Shown here one piece after another: positions 16,787 through 27,264 of a DNA stretch of 64,000 nt (the first letter of the stretch is position 1; every line of letters begins with the position of its first letter). The stretch covers positions 31,028-95,027 of the forward strand of contig JAFTBU010000010.1 in NCBI GenBank assembly GCA_017455065.1. The letters run 5' to 3'. The notes below the pieces were generated by a model that saw nothing but the letters and a program-made list of their open reading frames with translations, was not told the DNA's origin and made no database searches. The translations under genes were made by a program, and so were the position numbers. Origin of the DNA: Bacteroidales bacterium (GTDB taxonomy: Bacteria; Bacteroidota; Bacteroidia; Bacteroidales; UBA932).

Positions 16787-19564
16787 TCAATCTACAGGCA
16801 CGACTTCGTCGTCCATTACGTACCATACTGCTCCGTGCACCGGTCCGTACCCCATCTGGCGGTAAAGTTTCATGTAGCGGCGCACCTGCCGGATGTAGGA
16901 CTCCTTCCTCTCTTCTCCGAATTTGTAGTCGATGACGGTGACCGCTCCGTCCTCGCCGGTCACTACCCGGTCGGGGCGGTTGAGGAAGCCGTCCCCGCCG
17001 ATGACGGAAAGTTCGTTGCGGCCGCTGCCGGTGAACCATCCGGGATGGGAGGCGATACGGGCGGAAAGCAGGGCGGAACTCTCCCGGGCTTCCTCCTGGT
17101 CCAACAGACCCTGGAGCACGGCAGCGTCGATGGCGTCCCCCAGGTCGGAGGGTTTCTGCACGGATGAGAGAATGTCGTGCAGGAGGATTCCCTTGCGCCT
17201 GTGCGAAGCCGCAATGCCGGTGCTGCCGTCCTCGCCGAAGAAATCGCTGGCATCGGTGGATGGCTTCAGGCGTTCTCCCAGGGCTATGGAACTGTATTCC
17301 ACGGGCCATTCCACGGGTGCCCCCTCCTGGGAGTCGCGTTTCATCAGGCGGAAGTCATAGTCCTTCCCGAGCTTCCAGTCATAGGACTTGTTGCAGTGCT
17401 CGAAGAGGAGGTCGGCGAGTTTCATGTACTTGGGATTGCCCTTGTCGAGGCTTTCCTTGAAAGACTTGGTGGGTTCGGCGGAAATGACATGCAGGACCTT
17501 CTCCGCCCTGGTCAGAGCGACGTAGAATAGGTTTATGTTGTCCACCTTCTGCTTCTGCTTTTCCTCGGCGACCGCCGGGGCGAACAGCGAGGCTTCAGCA
17601 TCCTTGCCGAGGGTGACGGGGTAGATACCCGAGACGGTGCTGCTGAAGGGGGAGACTGCGGCATCCAGATAGCACCAATGGGTGTCTCCCTTGTACAGGT
17701 CCACGTCGTCGGCGAAGGGGAAGATCACATAGGGGAACTGCAGTCCCTTGGATTTGTGGATGGTCAATATGCGCACGGCGTCGGTGCGGGCGGGGGAGGA
17801 AATCTTCAGGTCGCTGTCTTCCCAATGCTTCAGGAAATAGCGGAGATTGTTGCCGTAAACCTCCACCCATTTCTGGATTTCATCCATGAAGGCCTGGATG
17901 TAAAGGGTCTCTCCCCGGAAGGCTTCCGGGTCTTTCTGCTGCATCTGCCTGAGGAAATGCTCGCAGAGGTCGGTCAGCGAATGGAAGGAGTCGGGGTATT
18001 CCACAGCTATGGTTTCGGCCAAGTATCCGGATACCTTGTCGGAGGGGCTGTCCATGAAATGCAGCAGTGAAACCAGTTTCGAGATCAGCGGTGAACTCTT
18101 GACGCTGAGCGAATCGTCCGAGACCACCTTGATCCCGTTCTCGATGAGGAATTCAGCCACCCTGGAACCTTTGTCGTTGGTCCTGACCAGGATGGCGATG
18201 TCGGAGGGCCGGGCCCCTGCCTCCAGGGCTCCGTTGATGGATGAGAGCACCATGTCCAGTTGGGTGCCTTTCTCGCAGAAACTGATCCTTACCGAGCCGC
18301 TCTGCTTTTCGGATGCGAGCTTGACTTCCTGGTGGACGTCGGAATAGAGCTCGGAGAGTCCCAGCCTGTCGGCGGCGAAACGGAAGAAAGCGTTGTTGAA
18401 ATCCACGATGGTGCGGGTGCTGCGCCAGTTGCCGTCCAGGACCTGCTCCACGGCATCCGGGAATTCTTCCTTGACCGTGCGGGCGAGCAGCCTCCAGTCG
18501 GAATCCCTCCAGCGGTAGATGCTCTGCTTGACATCGCCCACCACCAGGTTGAAACGGCCGTAGGCGTCGCTCTCCTTGAGCAGCGGCAGGAAATTGGCCC
18601 ATTGGATGTTGGAGGTGTCCTGGAATTCGTCCAGCAGGAAGTTTTCGAACTGCACGCCCATCTTCTCATAGACGAAGGGGGCGTCGCTGCCGGCGATGAT
18701 GTCCCTGAGCAGGGTGTTCGAATCATCCAGGCACATCACGTTCTTTTCCTTGAGCAGTTCGTCGAAGGCCTTGAAGAATTCCCCGGCGAGCCCCAGGCTG
18801 TAGAGTTGGGAGTTGATGATCCAGGCGGTCAGGTAGGCGGGATACTCCGTTTCGAAGAACGCGGCCAGCGCGGGATCCTTTTTCATGACGGTCTTGACGG
18901 GTTCCTTGAGCTTGACCCCTTTCCGGACTTCCAGGCCGAAGCTTTCAGCTTTCTTGTGGAAAGCGTCTATGCACTCCCGGCATTCCTTGCGGACTGCGGA
19001 AAGTCTTTCAGGAGAGAACTCCTTCCTTTCGTCTATGCCGTAGCGTTCCTTGAGTTCCCTGTACTCTTCGTTCTTCAGCTCCTTGCCTATCACGTACAGG
19101 TCTTTTTCCATATTGAGCTTGGCCCCCTCATCTATCTTGATGCGGGCCGAGTTCCTGAGCCATCTGACCACCTCTGAATCGGGGTCGGACATGGAATCCA
19201 GTATCCTGTCCATGGCCTCTTCGATGAGCGAGGCCTTGTCCAGCTCTATCTGGTAAGAACCGAACTGCCCTATCTCGCGGGAGAAGGACTTGAGGGCCTG
19301 CTGGAAGAATTTGTCTATGGTGCTGACATTGAAAGCGCCGTAGTCGTGGAGTATGTCCTTGAGCATCTGGAAGGCCTGGGGGTCGGATTCCGCCCGGGCC
19401 GCCAGATTGGAGAGGATCCTCTCCTTCATCTCGGCAGTGGCCTTGTTGGTGAAGGTCACCGCGAGTATGTGGCGGTAGTCGAAACGCTTTTTCAGAAGCG
19501 AGAGATATGTCTGGGCGAGAGTGTAGGTCTTACCTGATCCCGCGGATGCTTTCATTATCTTCAT
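16787..19564 (-). CDS. UvrD/AddA-like ATP-dependent helicase-nuclease
   Basis: ASAGSGKT, VTFTNKAT, LDEFQDT, VGDVKQSIYRWR, TIHKSKGL and YVALTRA; C-terminal RPDRV...VIDYK nuclease. Confidence 0.92.
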   Translation of the reverse strand: MKIMKASAGSGKTYTLAQTYLSLLKKRFDYRHILAVTFTNKATAEMKERILSNLAARAESDPQAFQMLKDILHDYGAFNVSTIDKFFQQALKSFSREIGQFGSYQIELDKASLIEEAMDRILDSMSDPDSEVVRWLRNSARIKIDEGAKLNMEKDLYVIGKELKNEEYRELKERYGIDERKEFSPERLSAVRKECRECIDAFHKKAESFGLEVRKGVKLKEPVKTVMKKDPALAAFFETEYPAYLTAWIINSQLYSLGLAGEFFKAFDELLKEKNVMCLDDSNTLLRDIIAGSDAPFVYEKMGVQFENFLLDEFQDTSNIQWANFLPLLKESDAYGRFNLVVGDVKQSIYRWRDSDWRLLARTVKEEFPDAVEQVLDGNWRSTRTIVDFNNAFFRFAADRLGLSELYSDVHQEVKLASEKQSGSVRISFCEKGTQLDMVLSSINGALEAGARPSDIAILVRTNDKGSRVAEFLIENGIKVVSDDSLSVKSSPLISKLVSLLHFMDSPSDKVSGYLAETIAVEYPDSFHSLTDLCEHFLRQMQQKDPEAFRGETLYIQAFMDEIQKWVEVYGNNLRYFLKHWEDSDLKISSPARTDAVRILTIHKSKGLQFPYVIFPFADDVDLYKGDTHWCYLDAAVSPFSSTVSGIYPVTLGKDAEASLFAPAVAEEKQKQKVDNINLFYVALTRAEKVLHVISAEPTKSFKESLDKGNPKYMKLADLLFEHCNKSYDWKLGKDYDFRLMKRDSQEGAPVEWPVEYSSIALGERLKPSTDASDFFGEDGSTGIAASHRRKGILLHDILSSVQKPSDLGDAIDAAVLQGLLDQEEARESSALLSARIASHPGWFTGSGRNELSVIGGDGFLNRPDRVVTGEDGAVTVIDYKFGEERKESYIRQVRRYMKLYRQMGYGPVHGAVWYVMDDEVVPVD

Positions 19565-22395
19565 CTTCCGCAAATCGTTCTGAAATCACAATTCTTGCAG
19601 GCAGACTCCGGGTCCCCGTTGCGCCTGAACGGCTGCGAGGTATCGGCTATCTCTTCCAGGAGTTTGTCCAGGCCTTCCTTCATCAGGGAGCAGAACTTTT
19701 CGTTGAGGGCTACGTTGCAGACCGGCTCCAGGAACAGCCGGCCGGTCTGGTAGACGGAATTCACGATACGCTTCCCCTTGAGGGCCTCGTCGTCCTGGAT
19801 GAACCTGTCGTAGAGATACATCTGCAGGGCGATGCCCGGCCTGTCAGCTGACTTGGGCCCGAATACGGCTTTCACCACATTTCCGGCATTGTCCTCGGTG
19901 ATGTTGAAATCGTATTCAGTGACCTTGCCGGTCTTGTAGTCCACCACCCTCACCTCCGAGGGATCGAAACTGTCCAGACGGTCCAGCCTGCCTTTGAACA
20001 GGAAGCCTCCTATCTCGGCCCGTCTGTCGGCTTCCATCTCCAGCATGGTGAAATGGTCCACCCCGTAGCTGTCCATCAGCTCCATGTCCCTTTCTATGAC
20101 CTTGCGAACATAGCGGCAGACCACGTCTTCCCAAATGATGTTCCTTCCCGTCACTTCGAAACTGTGCAGCTCTTCCATGATCCCTTTCCTGACCAGGCCG
20201 GGAATCAGGTCCGCATCGTCCAGTACCGACTGGAGATATGCCTTGTCCAGGGTGCCGTGACCTTTGTAGAGCTGCTCCATGGTCCCGTGGAGCACGTTGC
20301 CGGTCATGCGGGAGTCGAGGGATTCGTTGACCTCGTCTTCCGTGCTCAGGCCCTTCACTTTGTCGTAATAGAACCGTGCCTGGCAGTTGAGATAATCCTT
20401 GAGCGCGGACGGCGACAGCCCCCTCCGTTTGATGGTTTCCACATCCGCCTCTGTCTTGGCGATGTCCCCGGGCTCCTCCGCTCCGAGCACTGAAGCGGCG
20501 GCGGTGAAACGGTGGAGTTTGAGCTTGAAATGCAGCTCCAGCTGCTTGATGTAGCGGCTCTCCTCTCCGGAACGGGAGACTTCCGTGCGCGAATCGAAGA
20601 CCAGCCACATGCGGCGGCAGCGCTGCAGCAGACGGTAGAAATAGTATGCCCACACCGCATCCTGGAATTCGTAGGTGGGCAGCCCGAAGCCTTTGCGGAG
20701 CTTGGGCGGTATGAATGATGAGCTCACGCTGCGGTGGGGGAATATGCCCTCATTGCAGCTGAGTATGACGATGTTTTCGAAATCAAGCACCCTGGTCTCC
20801 AGGGGTCCCATGATCTGCAGGCCCCGCAGCGGCTCGCCCTTGAAGGGGGTGGAACTGCCGTTCACGAGCTTTCCGAGGAGCTTGAAATAGGTGGCGGGGA
20901 GGAAGTCCCTTCCTGTGTTCTGCAGGCGTTTGACAGCCTTCCAGTATTCCATGGCGAAGTCCATTTCCAGGGCCATGCCTTCAGCGACCGCAAGCTTCGG
21001 AGCGATGCAGGAGATGACTTCCAGCTGCCATTCCTGTATGGCCGGGGTGTCCGCCGCCCTCCGGAAAAGGGTCTCCAGCAGGGGGTCTCCTTTGAAATCC
21101 TCCTCGGGTATATAGTATTTGACGCTTTCCTTGATCTTCCTGGCTATCTCAGCCCCTTCAGGACTCACCACGGATTTGAACAGGCTGTTGGAGAAGATGC
21201 CCCAGACCTGCTGGTGGTAGAAAAGGCTCTTGCCGTCCTTTTCCCTGGCATGGATCTGCAGGGCGGCCATGTCGTTCATCAGGGAGAAGAATTCGCTGCC
21301 CTTCATGGGATAGCCCATGGTGACATTGATATCCTCCAGTTCCGCCGGGATCGAATTCAGCACCGGGATGAGCAGTCCCTCATCCGGCAGCACCACCGCG
21401 GTTTCCATTCCAGCTCCGGGGATGGATCCCAGGATCTTCGGCAGCAGTTTGGCCTGGCCGGTGGAGGAGGGGACGCTGATGACATCGATCTCGGGCGCGA
21501 CATCGCTGACCTCCGGCTTGAAAGCCTGGGGGAAGTCCTGCACATTGGTCTCCATGAAAAATGAGGCCTTGTTGTCCGGGTCGCTGATGATGCCGTCCGA
21601 GTAGTCCCAGCAAAATTCCGCCAGCTGCGCATTGCGCATGCTTTTCATCACGGTTTTCTCGCACTCGTTGAGGGCGTTGAGTCCGGTGAACACAAATGTG
21701 GAGCTGTCGGGGAATTTCTCTGCCAATATGTCGGCGGCGTGCTCCCCGGCGAGGAGCCTCCCGGCGAAGCTCCGGTACACCTGCCCTTCGTAGGAATGGG
21801 ACCTGCTGCGGCAGAGTTCGCCGAAATCCCGGTACAACTGCCCCAGTATCTCCCATATATGGAGGAATTTTTCCTTGTAGCCGCCCTCGCTGTCGTCGTC
21901 GCCGTCCAGGCGGACTGTGAGTTCCTTGCCGTCGTTGAAATGGGACAGGAACCTGTCTATGGCTTCTTTCTGCTCAGGGGTCAGGTAGCTGTAGCTGTCC
22001 TGGATGCGCTTGAATTCGGCGACATTGGTGAACAGCTGGCCGGGATCCACGAGGTATTTGTCCACGTCGTCGAAGTCTCCCAGCAGTATGTCTCCCCAGA
22101 ACACGAAATCATCCAGGCTTTCGGGATGCTTCCTCAAGGCGCTGTAGCAGTCGTACAGGTCCAGCAGCAGATGCACGCGGTCGGTCTTTACAGCCCCTTC
22201 CACCAGGTAGAAGAAATCATTCATGGTGAGCATCCGGGGAGCCACGAAGGGCTGGGCGTCACCTTCCACGGCGGTCTCTCCCAGGTACTTGGTGAAAAAG
22301 GCCATGGCCCTCCTGTTGGGGAATATGAAGCACAGACTGCTGATATCCCCCTGGGCACGGTAGTGCAGGGCTACTTGTTTGAGAAATGGATCCAT
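19561..22395 (-). CDS. PD-(D/E)XK nuclease family protein, AddB-like partner
   Basis: FPNRRA, GRLDRLD and VVDYKTG; Cys staple YLNC...CKNCDFRTIC; ATGA-coupled to the helicase. Confidence 0.88.
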   Translation of the reverse strand: MDPFLKQVALHYRAQGDISSLCFIFPNRRAMAFFTKYLGETAVEGDAQPFVAPRMLTMNDFFYLVEGAVKTDRVHLLLDLYDCYSALRKHPESLDDFVFWGDILLGDFDDVDKYLVDPGQLFTNVAEFKRIQDSYSYLTPEQKEAIDRFLSHFNDGKELTVRLDGDDDSEGGYKEKFLHIWEILGQLYRDFGELCRSRSHSYEGQVYRSFAGRLLAGEHAADILAEKFPDSSTFVFTGLNALNECEKTVMKSMRNAQLAEFCWDYSDGIISDPDNKASFFMETNVQDFPQAFKPEVSDVAPEIDVISVPSSTGQAKLLPKILGSIPGAGMETAVVLPDEGLLIPVLNSIPAELEDINVTMGYPMKGSEFFSLMNDMAALQIHAREKDGKSLFYHQQVWGIFSNSLFKSVVSPEGAEIARKIKESVKYYIPEEDFKGDPLLETLFRRAADTPAIQEWQLEVISCIAPKLAVAEGMALEMDFAMEYWKAVKRLQNTGRDFLPATYFKLLGKLVNGSSTPFKGEPLRGLQIMGPLETRVLDFENIVILSCNEGIFPHRSVSSSFIPPKLRKGFGLPTYEFQDAVWAYYFYRLLQRCRRMWLVFDSRTEVSRSGEESRYIKQLELHFKLKLHRFTAAASVLGAEEPGDIAKTEADVETIKRRGLSPSALKDYLNCQARFYYDKVKGLSTEDEVNESLDSRMTGNVLHGTMEQLYKGHGTLDKAYLQSVLDDADLIPGLVRKGIMEELHSFEVTGRNIIWEDVVCRYVRKVIERDMELMDSYGVDHFTMLEMEADRRAEIGGFLFKGRLDRLDSFDPSEVRVVDYKTGKVTEYDFNITEDNAGNVVKAVFGPKSADRPGIALQMYLYDRFIQDDEALKGKRIVNSVYQTGRLFLEPVCNVALNEKFCSLMKEGLDKLLEEIADTSQPFRRNGDPESACKNCDFRTICGR

Positions 22396-22399
22396 AAAC

Positions 22400-22852
22400 T
22401 TATCTGAGGTCGGTAACGACCCAGCTGTCGTCGAGTTTGGAGCAGTCGAAGCGGAAATCTCCGAGCTCCTCCGTGGCGGGGGCGCTCTTGGGGGTGGAAT
22501 ATTTGAGGTCGCTCAATGCGCCGAGATAATCCTGGGGCGCGGCGAGGAATTCACCGAGGCCCTCCGCGGCTTCGATGTACACTTCCTTGGCGGCAGTGTC
22601 CACCAGCCAGCGGGTGCTTCCGTCGCAGTAGATGTCCACGCCCTGGGCGCTCACTTTGTAACAATTGCCCTGCGCGGTCACGGTGCCGCTGCTATTTACC
22701 GGCAGGCCGCCGGCATCGATGGTGCAGGAGTAGGTGAAAGTGAGCCTCTCATGCTGCAGCCTCTCCATGAGCGAAGCGACCATATCCTCCTGTGCCCCCA
22801 GCTGGAAGCACATCCCTGCAAGCAGTGCCAATATGGTCAGTATCCTTTTCAT
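22400..22852 (-). CDS. LolA-like outer-membrane lipoprotein carrier protein (short, 150 aa)
   Basis: Signal peptide and DIYCDGSTRW motif; position downstream of ftsK matches the conserved ftsK-lolA order. Confidence 0.7.
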   Translation of the reverse strand: MKRILTILALLAGMCFQLGAQEDMVASLMERLQHERLTFTYSCTIDAGGLPVNSSGTVTAQGNCYKVSAQGVDIYCDGSTRWLVDTAAKEVYIEAAEGLGEFLAAPQDYLGALSDLKYSTPKSAPATEELGDFRFDCSKLDDSWVVTDLR

Positions 22853-25206
22853 TTCCTGAATGAATCCAGGATGGGCTGGAGGGCGTTGAAATCCGGTACG
22901 AGCACCTGTCTGGGCTTAGAGCCTTCCTGAGGTCCCACGATGCCGGCGGCTTCCAGCTGGTCCATCACCCTACCTGCTTTGGCATAACCCATGCCAAGTT
23001 TTCTCTGAAGGTCGGAAGTCGAGCCTTTCTGGGTGGTGACGACCAGTCTTGCAGCCTCTTCGAACCTCTCGTCCAGGTCGTTCATGTCTATCATGCTGCC
23101 TTCCGCACCTTCCTCCGCGATGGGCGGCAGGTAATAGGGCGTGTTGTAGCACTTCTGGTAACCGTTCTGCTCGCCTATGCTGGAGGTCACGCTTATGATC
23201 TCGTCATTGCTGATGAATGCGCACTGGATGCGCTCGGTGTCTATGCCGGCGCTGTAGAGCATGTCTCCCTTGCCTATGAGCTTCTCTGCTCCGGGGGCGT
23301 CGATGATGGTCATGGAGTCCACCCTGGAAGCCACCCTGAATGCGATACGGGCGGGGAAGTTGCTCTTGATCAGACCTGAGATGACATCCACCGAAGGCCT
23401 CTGGGTGGCCAGGATCACATGTATGCCGGCGGCGCGTCCCTTCTGGGCGAGGCGGATGATCGAATTGGTGATGCTGCGGCTGGCAGCTTTGGCGTCGGGA
23501 GCGGCGCCCACGGTCATGGTGAGGTCTGCGTATTCATCCACCACGGTCACCAGGTAAGGCAGGTACTTGTGCCCCTGTGTGGGGAGCAGGTGCCTTTCTT
23601 TGTATTTCTTGTTATAGAGCTTGATGTTGTTCACATTGGCCTTGCTGAGCAGCTCGTACCTCTGGTCCATCTCGATGCACAGGGAGCGGAGCACCTTCTC
23701 GGCGTTCTTCGGGCTCTTGACTATGGCGTTGTTTATCTCTTCCTCCTCGGAATTCTCCGGAAGGACGGCCAGATAGTGCTTGATGAGCTTGTTGTAGGCG
23801 GTGAACTCCACCATCTTCGGGTCGATGAAGACGAACTTCAGCTCTGAAGGATGCTTGGAGTACAGCAGCGAGGTCACGATCACGTTGAGGCCCACGGACT
23901 TGCCCTGCTTGGTGGCGCCTGCGACCAGCAGGTGCGGCGCGTCGGCGAGGTCGAAGACCTTGACCTTCTGGGTGATGGTATAGCCTATGGCCACGGGGAG
24001 GTCGTAGGTGCTGTTGCGGTAGGTCTCGTCGTTGAGCAGATTCTTCAGCGGCACTATGGACGAATAGTCATTGGCCACTTCGATGCCCACCGAGTCGCTC
24101 AGGGTCACGACCCTGACGCCCTTAGCGTTGAGGGAAAGGGCGATGTCCTCCTGCAACTTCTTGATGTCGGAAATCTTGACGCCAGGGGCGGGATACACCT
24201 TGTAGAGGGTAACGGTCGGGCCCACCTGGGCCTTGACATCCACCACCTGGATCTTGTAATTGGCCAGGGCCGCGCGGATCTTGTTGTTGTTCCTCGTGAG
24301 CTCTTCGGTGGAGACATCCCTGCGGGCGCTGCTGTGGTTCTCGAGTATGTCGATCGAAGGGAATTTGTACCTGGGGAGGCCGTCGGGGGGATCCAGGCGG
24401 TTGTCGAAAGGCTTGAGCTCTTCGACTTTGCGGTCGAGCTTGTCATCGGTGACGATCTCGAAAGTCCCTTCCTGCTTCTGCTCCGTTTCCTGCACTTTCT
24501 CGGGCTCGGGCTCCGGCTCAGTCTCCTGCTGCACCGGCGCGGGAGGGACCACCACAGTTTCCTCCTCTGGCAGCTGCTCTTCCTCCTCGAGCTCCGCCAT
24601 CTCTTCGTCCACCTCTTTCTTGGGGGATTTTTTCTCCTTCTTCTCCCGGCCTTCTCCCAGATGAGAGAACCAGACGGAGAAACGCCGGCTGCTGAAAACC
24701 AGCCAGCAAAGTATGAGCAAGGCTATGGCAATGCCCGTGAATATGCCGCCTATCAGGGACTGGGCCCAGCTGACTATCGCGGTGCCGCAACCTCCGCCGA
24801 GTCCGGCACCGAAGACCTGGCCCATGCCGGCGAGGGAGCCTGCGAAAGCCAATGCGAGCGAAGCGAGGAAAGCTCCGGAAAGGCACACCACCAGGGTCTT
24901 GAGCAGGGAATAAGGCCATTTGGCCGAGAGCAGCCTGACGGCCACTGCGATGAGTATGACGGGGAAGGCGAAACTTCCCAGACCGAAGCACTCCGTGATC
25001 AGGAACCTTCCGGTGCGGTACCCCAGGGACCCGGCCTTGTTGCCCACCTCCTCCGGCAGGCTCATGTCCTGACGCCAATGGAAGAGGTAAGACAGCATGG
25101 CGATGAAGATGAACACGGCAATGGCGCCGGCGCACAGCCCTATGATGCGGACCGCGCTTTCACGTTTCTCTTCATCCCATTTGTTCCAGAATCTCAGGTC
25201 TGTCAT
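22849..25206 (-). CDS. ftsK: DNA translocase FtsK
   Basis: N-terminal 4TM region, PHLLVAGATKQGKS, IDPKMVE, LATQRPS and RIAFRV; gamma domain LQRKLGMGYAKAGR. Confidence 0.96.
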   Translation of the reverse strand: MTDLRFWNKWDEEKRESAVRIIGLCAGAIAVFIFIAMLSYLFHWRQDMSLPEEVGNKAGSLGYRTGRFLITECFGLGSFAFPVILIAVAVRLLSAKWPYSLLKTLVVCLSGAFLASLALAFAGSLAGMGQVFGAGLGGGCGTAIVSWAQSLIGGIFTGIAIALLILCWLVFSSRRFSVWFSHLGEGREKKEKKSPKKEVDEEMAELEEEEQLPEEETVVVPPAPVQQETEPEPEPEKVQETEQKQEGTFEIVTDDKLDRKVEELKPFDNRLDPPDGLPRYKFPSIDILENHSSARRDVSTEELTRNNNKIRAALANYKIQVVDVKAQVGPTVTLYKVYPAPGVKISDIKKLQEDIALSLNAKGVRVVTLSDSVGIEVANDYSSIVPLKNLLNDETYRNSTYDLPVAIGYTITQKVKVFDLADAPHLLVAGATKQGKSVGLNVIVTSLLYSKHPSELKFVFIDPKMVEFTAYNKLIKHYLAVLPENSEEEEINNAIVKSPKNAEKVLRSLCIEMDQRYELLSKANVNNIKLYNKKYKERHLLPTQGHKYLPYLVTVVDEYADLTMTVGAAPDAKAASRSITNSIIRLAQKGRAAGIHVILATQRPSVDVISGLIKSNFPARIAFRVASRVDSMTIIDAPGAEKLIGKGDMLYSAGIDTERIQCAFISNDEIISVTSSIGEQNGYQKCYNTPYYLPPIAEEGAEGSMIDMNDLDERFEEAARLVVTTQKGSTSDLQRKLGMGYAKAGRVMDQLEAAGIVGPQEGSKPRQVLVPDFNALQPILDSFRK

Positions 25207-25871
25207 TTCTTTTTCTTGTAGTTTCGGCGGCTTCCCTTGTTGAAGCGGGTGCCGGCCTGGCCGACATTTATGCCCATGCTGGGACGTGAGAAATTAGAGT
25301 CGGAAGAAATCTTGCTAAGGCTGATGCCTTCGGGTATCCTGAGGCGGTAGCCGGAAAGCTTCTCGATGTCGCTGAAGATGGTCTCGTCGGCGACGCTGTC
25401 TTTGTTCCAGATCAGGTACTGCTGCCTCATGTAGGTGGCGAGGGCTCGTATCAGGGAGGTCTTCATCTCTCCGTCAGGCTCTTCGCAGAGCAGGTCTATG
25501 ATCTTCTCTATGTTGCGTCCGTAATGGGTGGCCTTGATCTTGTCGCCCTTCATGGGTATGGTGACGGGGCGGGTCTGGAAATCCGTCTCCACGGGGCAGG
25601 GGTAGGGGGAATCCACGTCCAGGTCGAACCCTGCCATGATGTACAGATGGTCCCAGAGCTTGTGCTCGTAGTTGTCCTGGCTGTGGACCTGGGGATTCAG
25701 CAGCTCCATGACCTTCACTATGGCCCTGGCCTGCTCGTTGCGTTTCTCCCTGTCCTCTATGGTCTTCAGATGGTGCACCATGGCCAGTACGTTCCTGCCG
25801 TACTCGGGCATGCTGAGTTTCTCTTTCTGAGTATTGTATTCGAGTCTGATGTCGGCTTCGTTTTCTACCAT
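25203..25871 (-). CDS. DUF4290 family protein
   Basis: LEYNTQKEKLSMPEYGRNV, HKLWDHL and HYGRNIE resemble the Bacteroidota DUF4290 family. Confidence 0.8.
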   Translation of the reverse strand: MVENEADIRLEYNTQKEKLSMPEYGRNVLAMVHHLKTIEDREKRNEQARAIVKVMELLNPQVHSQDNYEHKLWDHLYIMAGFDLDVDSPYPCPVETDFQTRPVTIPMKGDKIKATHYGRNIEKIIDLLCEEPDGEMKTSLIRALATYMRQQYLIWNKDSVADETIFSDIEKLSGYRLRIPEGISLSKISSDSNFSRPSMGINVGQAGTRFNKGSRRNYKKKK

Positions 25872-25924
25872 GTCGATAAGATTTGTTCAGAATACAAATA
25901 TAATGAAAAAGCCAAAATAATCCT

Positions 25925-25932
25925 TAACTTTG
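25925..25932 (+). promoter_or_regulatory. -7 element TAACTTTG for the kinase-peptidase-RRE-ABC operon
   Basis: TAnnTTTG ending 4 nt before the GTG start. Confidence 0.55.
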
Positions 25933-25936
25933 TTAC

Positions 25937-26818
25937 GTGACAAGAGCCTTCAAAGTAGCTGACCATATTTTCCATCTGGAAGTCCCCGGAGCCGGATATG
26001 ATATCGGGCTTGAGGGGCAGTATGAGCCTTTCGAGACGGAGCCTTCTTCCGATCCCGTGTTCACTCTTGCCATCACGGACCAAGTTCCCGCGCCCACCCT
26101 CCCTCCGGTCCTGGACCAGGATATGGGAAAGGGTGAGACCCGCCTGGTGCTCTACAAGGAGCCCGACGGCTGCTGCACCGTGGACATGGCTCCCGACACC
26201 GGCATCCCCTTCACCGCCAGGCTCCGCGCCACCCCCGGTTTCCGCCAGGGCTGGCTGCAGATTTACGCAAGGGGACGCGGCTCCAGGCACTTTGCCGTGA
26301 GCAACAGCCTCATGCTCATGTACGCCTTCAGCACCGCCGCCCTCGGCACCCTCGAGATGCACGCCTCAGTCATTGCCAATGGCGGGAAGGCCTACCTTTT
26401 CCTGGCTCCGAGCGGCACCGGCAAGAGCACCCACAGCAGCCTCTGGCTGAAACATATCCCCGGCAGCGAACTGCTCAACGATGACAACCCCGTCGTCCGC
26501 GTCCTGCCCGATGGGACCGTCATGGTGTACGGCTCCCCCTGGAGCGGGAAGACCCCGTGCTACAAGGCCGCCTGCATGCCCGCCGGGGCGTTCGTGCGCA
26601 TACGCCGCAGCCCCGTCAACGGCATCACCCGGCTCGGCGTGATAGAAAGCTACGCGACCCTCACCTCTTCCACTTCCGGTCTTCGGGACGACATCCGCCA
26701 GGCCGACGGCCTGCATTCCACCCTGGAGAAAGTGATACGGGAGGTGCCCTGTTATGTACTGGACTGCCGCCCCGATGAAGAAGCTGCGAGGGTGTGCGCC
26801 GCAGAAGTGATGAAATGA
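25937..26818 (+). CDS. HPr kinase/PEPCK-like P-loop protein (type found in lasso-peptide-like clusters)
   Basis: EMHAS, FLAPSGTGKSTH Walker A, LLNDD di-Asp motif and YGSPWSGK. Confidence 0.75.
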   Translation: MTRAFKVADHIFHLEVPGAGYDIGLEGQYEPFETEPSSDPVFTLAITDQVPAPTLPPVLDQDMGKGETRLVLYKEPDGCCTVDMAPDTGIPFTARLRATPGFRQGWLQIYARGRGSRHFAVSNSLMLMYAFSTAALGTLEMHASVIANGGKAYLFLAPSGTGKSTHSSLWLKHIPGSELLNDDNPVVRVLPDGTVMVYGSPWSGKTPCYKAACMPAGAFVRIRRSPVNGITRLGVIESYATLTSSTSGLRDDIRQADGLHSTLEKVIREVPCYVLDCRPDEEAARVCAAEVMK

Positions 26819-27264
26819 CCATGGAAGTCCGCACCATCCCCAACGCCACCATACTCCGGGAAGTCTCCGACCTTCTGCTCGAGGGCCGGGAGGTCAAGAT
26901 GGGAGTCAAGGGCTCCAGCATGCTGCCCTTCATCGTAGGGGAGAGGGACAATGTGGTGCTGACCCGCCCGGAGGCGGTCTCTCCCGGAGACATAGTCCTC
27001 GCGGAAATCGCTCCGGGGCATTATGTGCTGCACCGGGTGAAGTCGGTGGAAGGGGGACAGGTCACCCTGAAGGGGGACGGCAACCTCGACGGGGAGGAGC
27101 ACTGCCTCGAGGGGGACATCCGCGGCACCGTGATACGCATAGAGACACCCCGCCGCAGCGTGGATGCCCGGACTCCCGCTTTCATGAGGCGCTCGCGCGC
27201 CTGGGCTGCCGCTCCGAGGTGTGTACGGCGGTATTCATTGGCAATAATAAGACGATTGATATGA
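26815..27264 (+). CDS. S24/S26 family peptidase without membrane anchor
   Basis: GSSMLP (Ser), GDIV, LHRV and KGDGN boxes; ATGA overlap with the upstream gene. Confidence 0.8.
   Translation: MTMEVRTIPNATILREVSDLLLEGREVKMGVKGSSMLPFIVGERDNVVLTRPEAVSPGDIVLAEIAPGHYVLHRVKSVEGGQVTLKGDGNLDGEEHCLEGDIRGTVIRIETPRRSVDARTPAFMRRSRAWAAAPRCVRRYSLAIIRRLI

Noticed and set aside
16787-22395. Helicase-nuclease pair as a novel defence system
   Set aside because: Motifs, the Fe-S Cys staple and the housekeeping context (ftsK-lolA upstream, alr downstream) fit the ordinary Bacteroidota AddAB-like repair pair.
25872-25936. Precursor peptide gene for the RRE operon
   Set aside because: The gap is 65 bp and occupied by promoter sequence; no small ORF with a leader-like sequence was found at either end of the operon.
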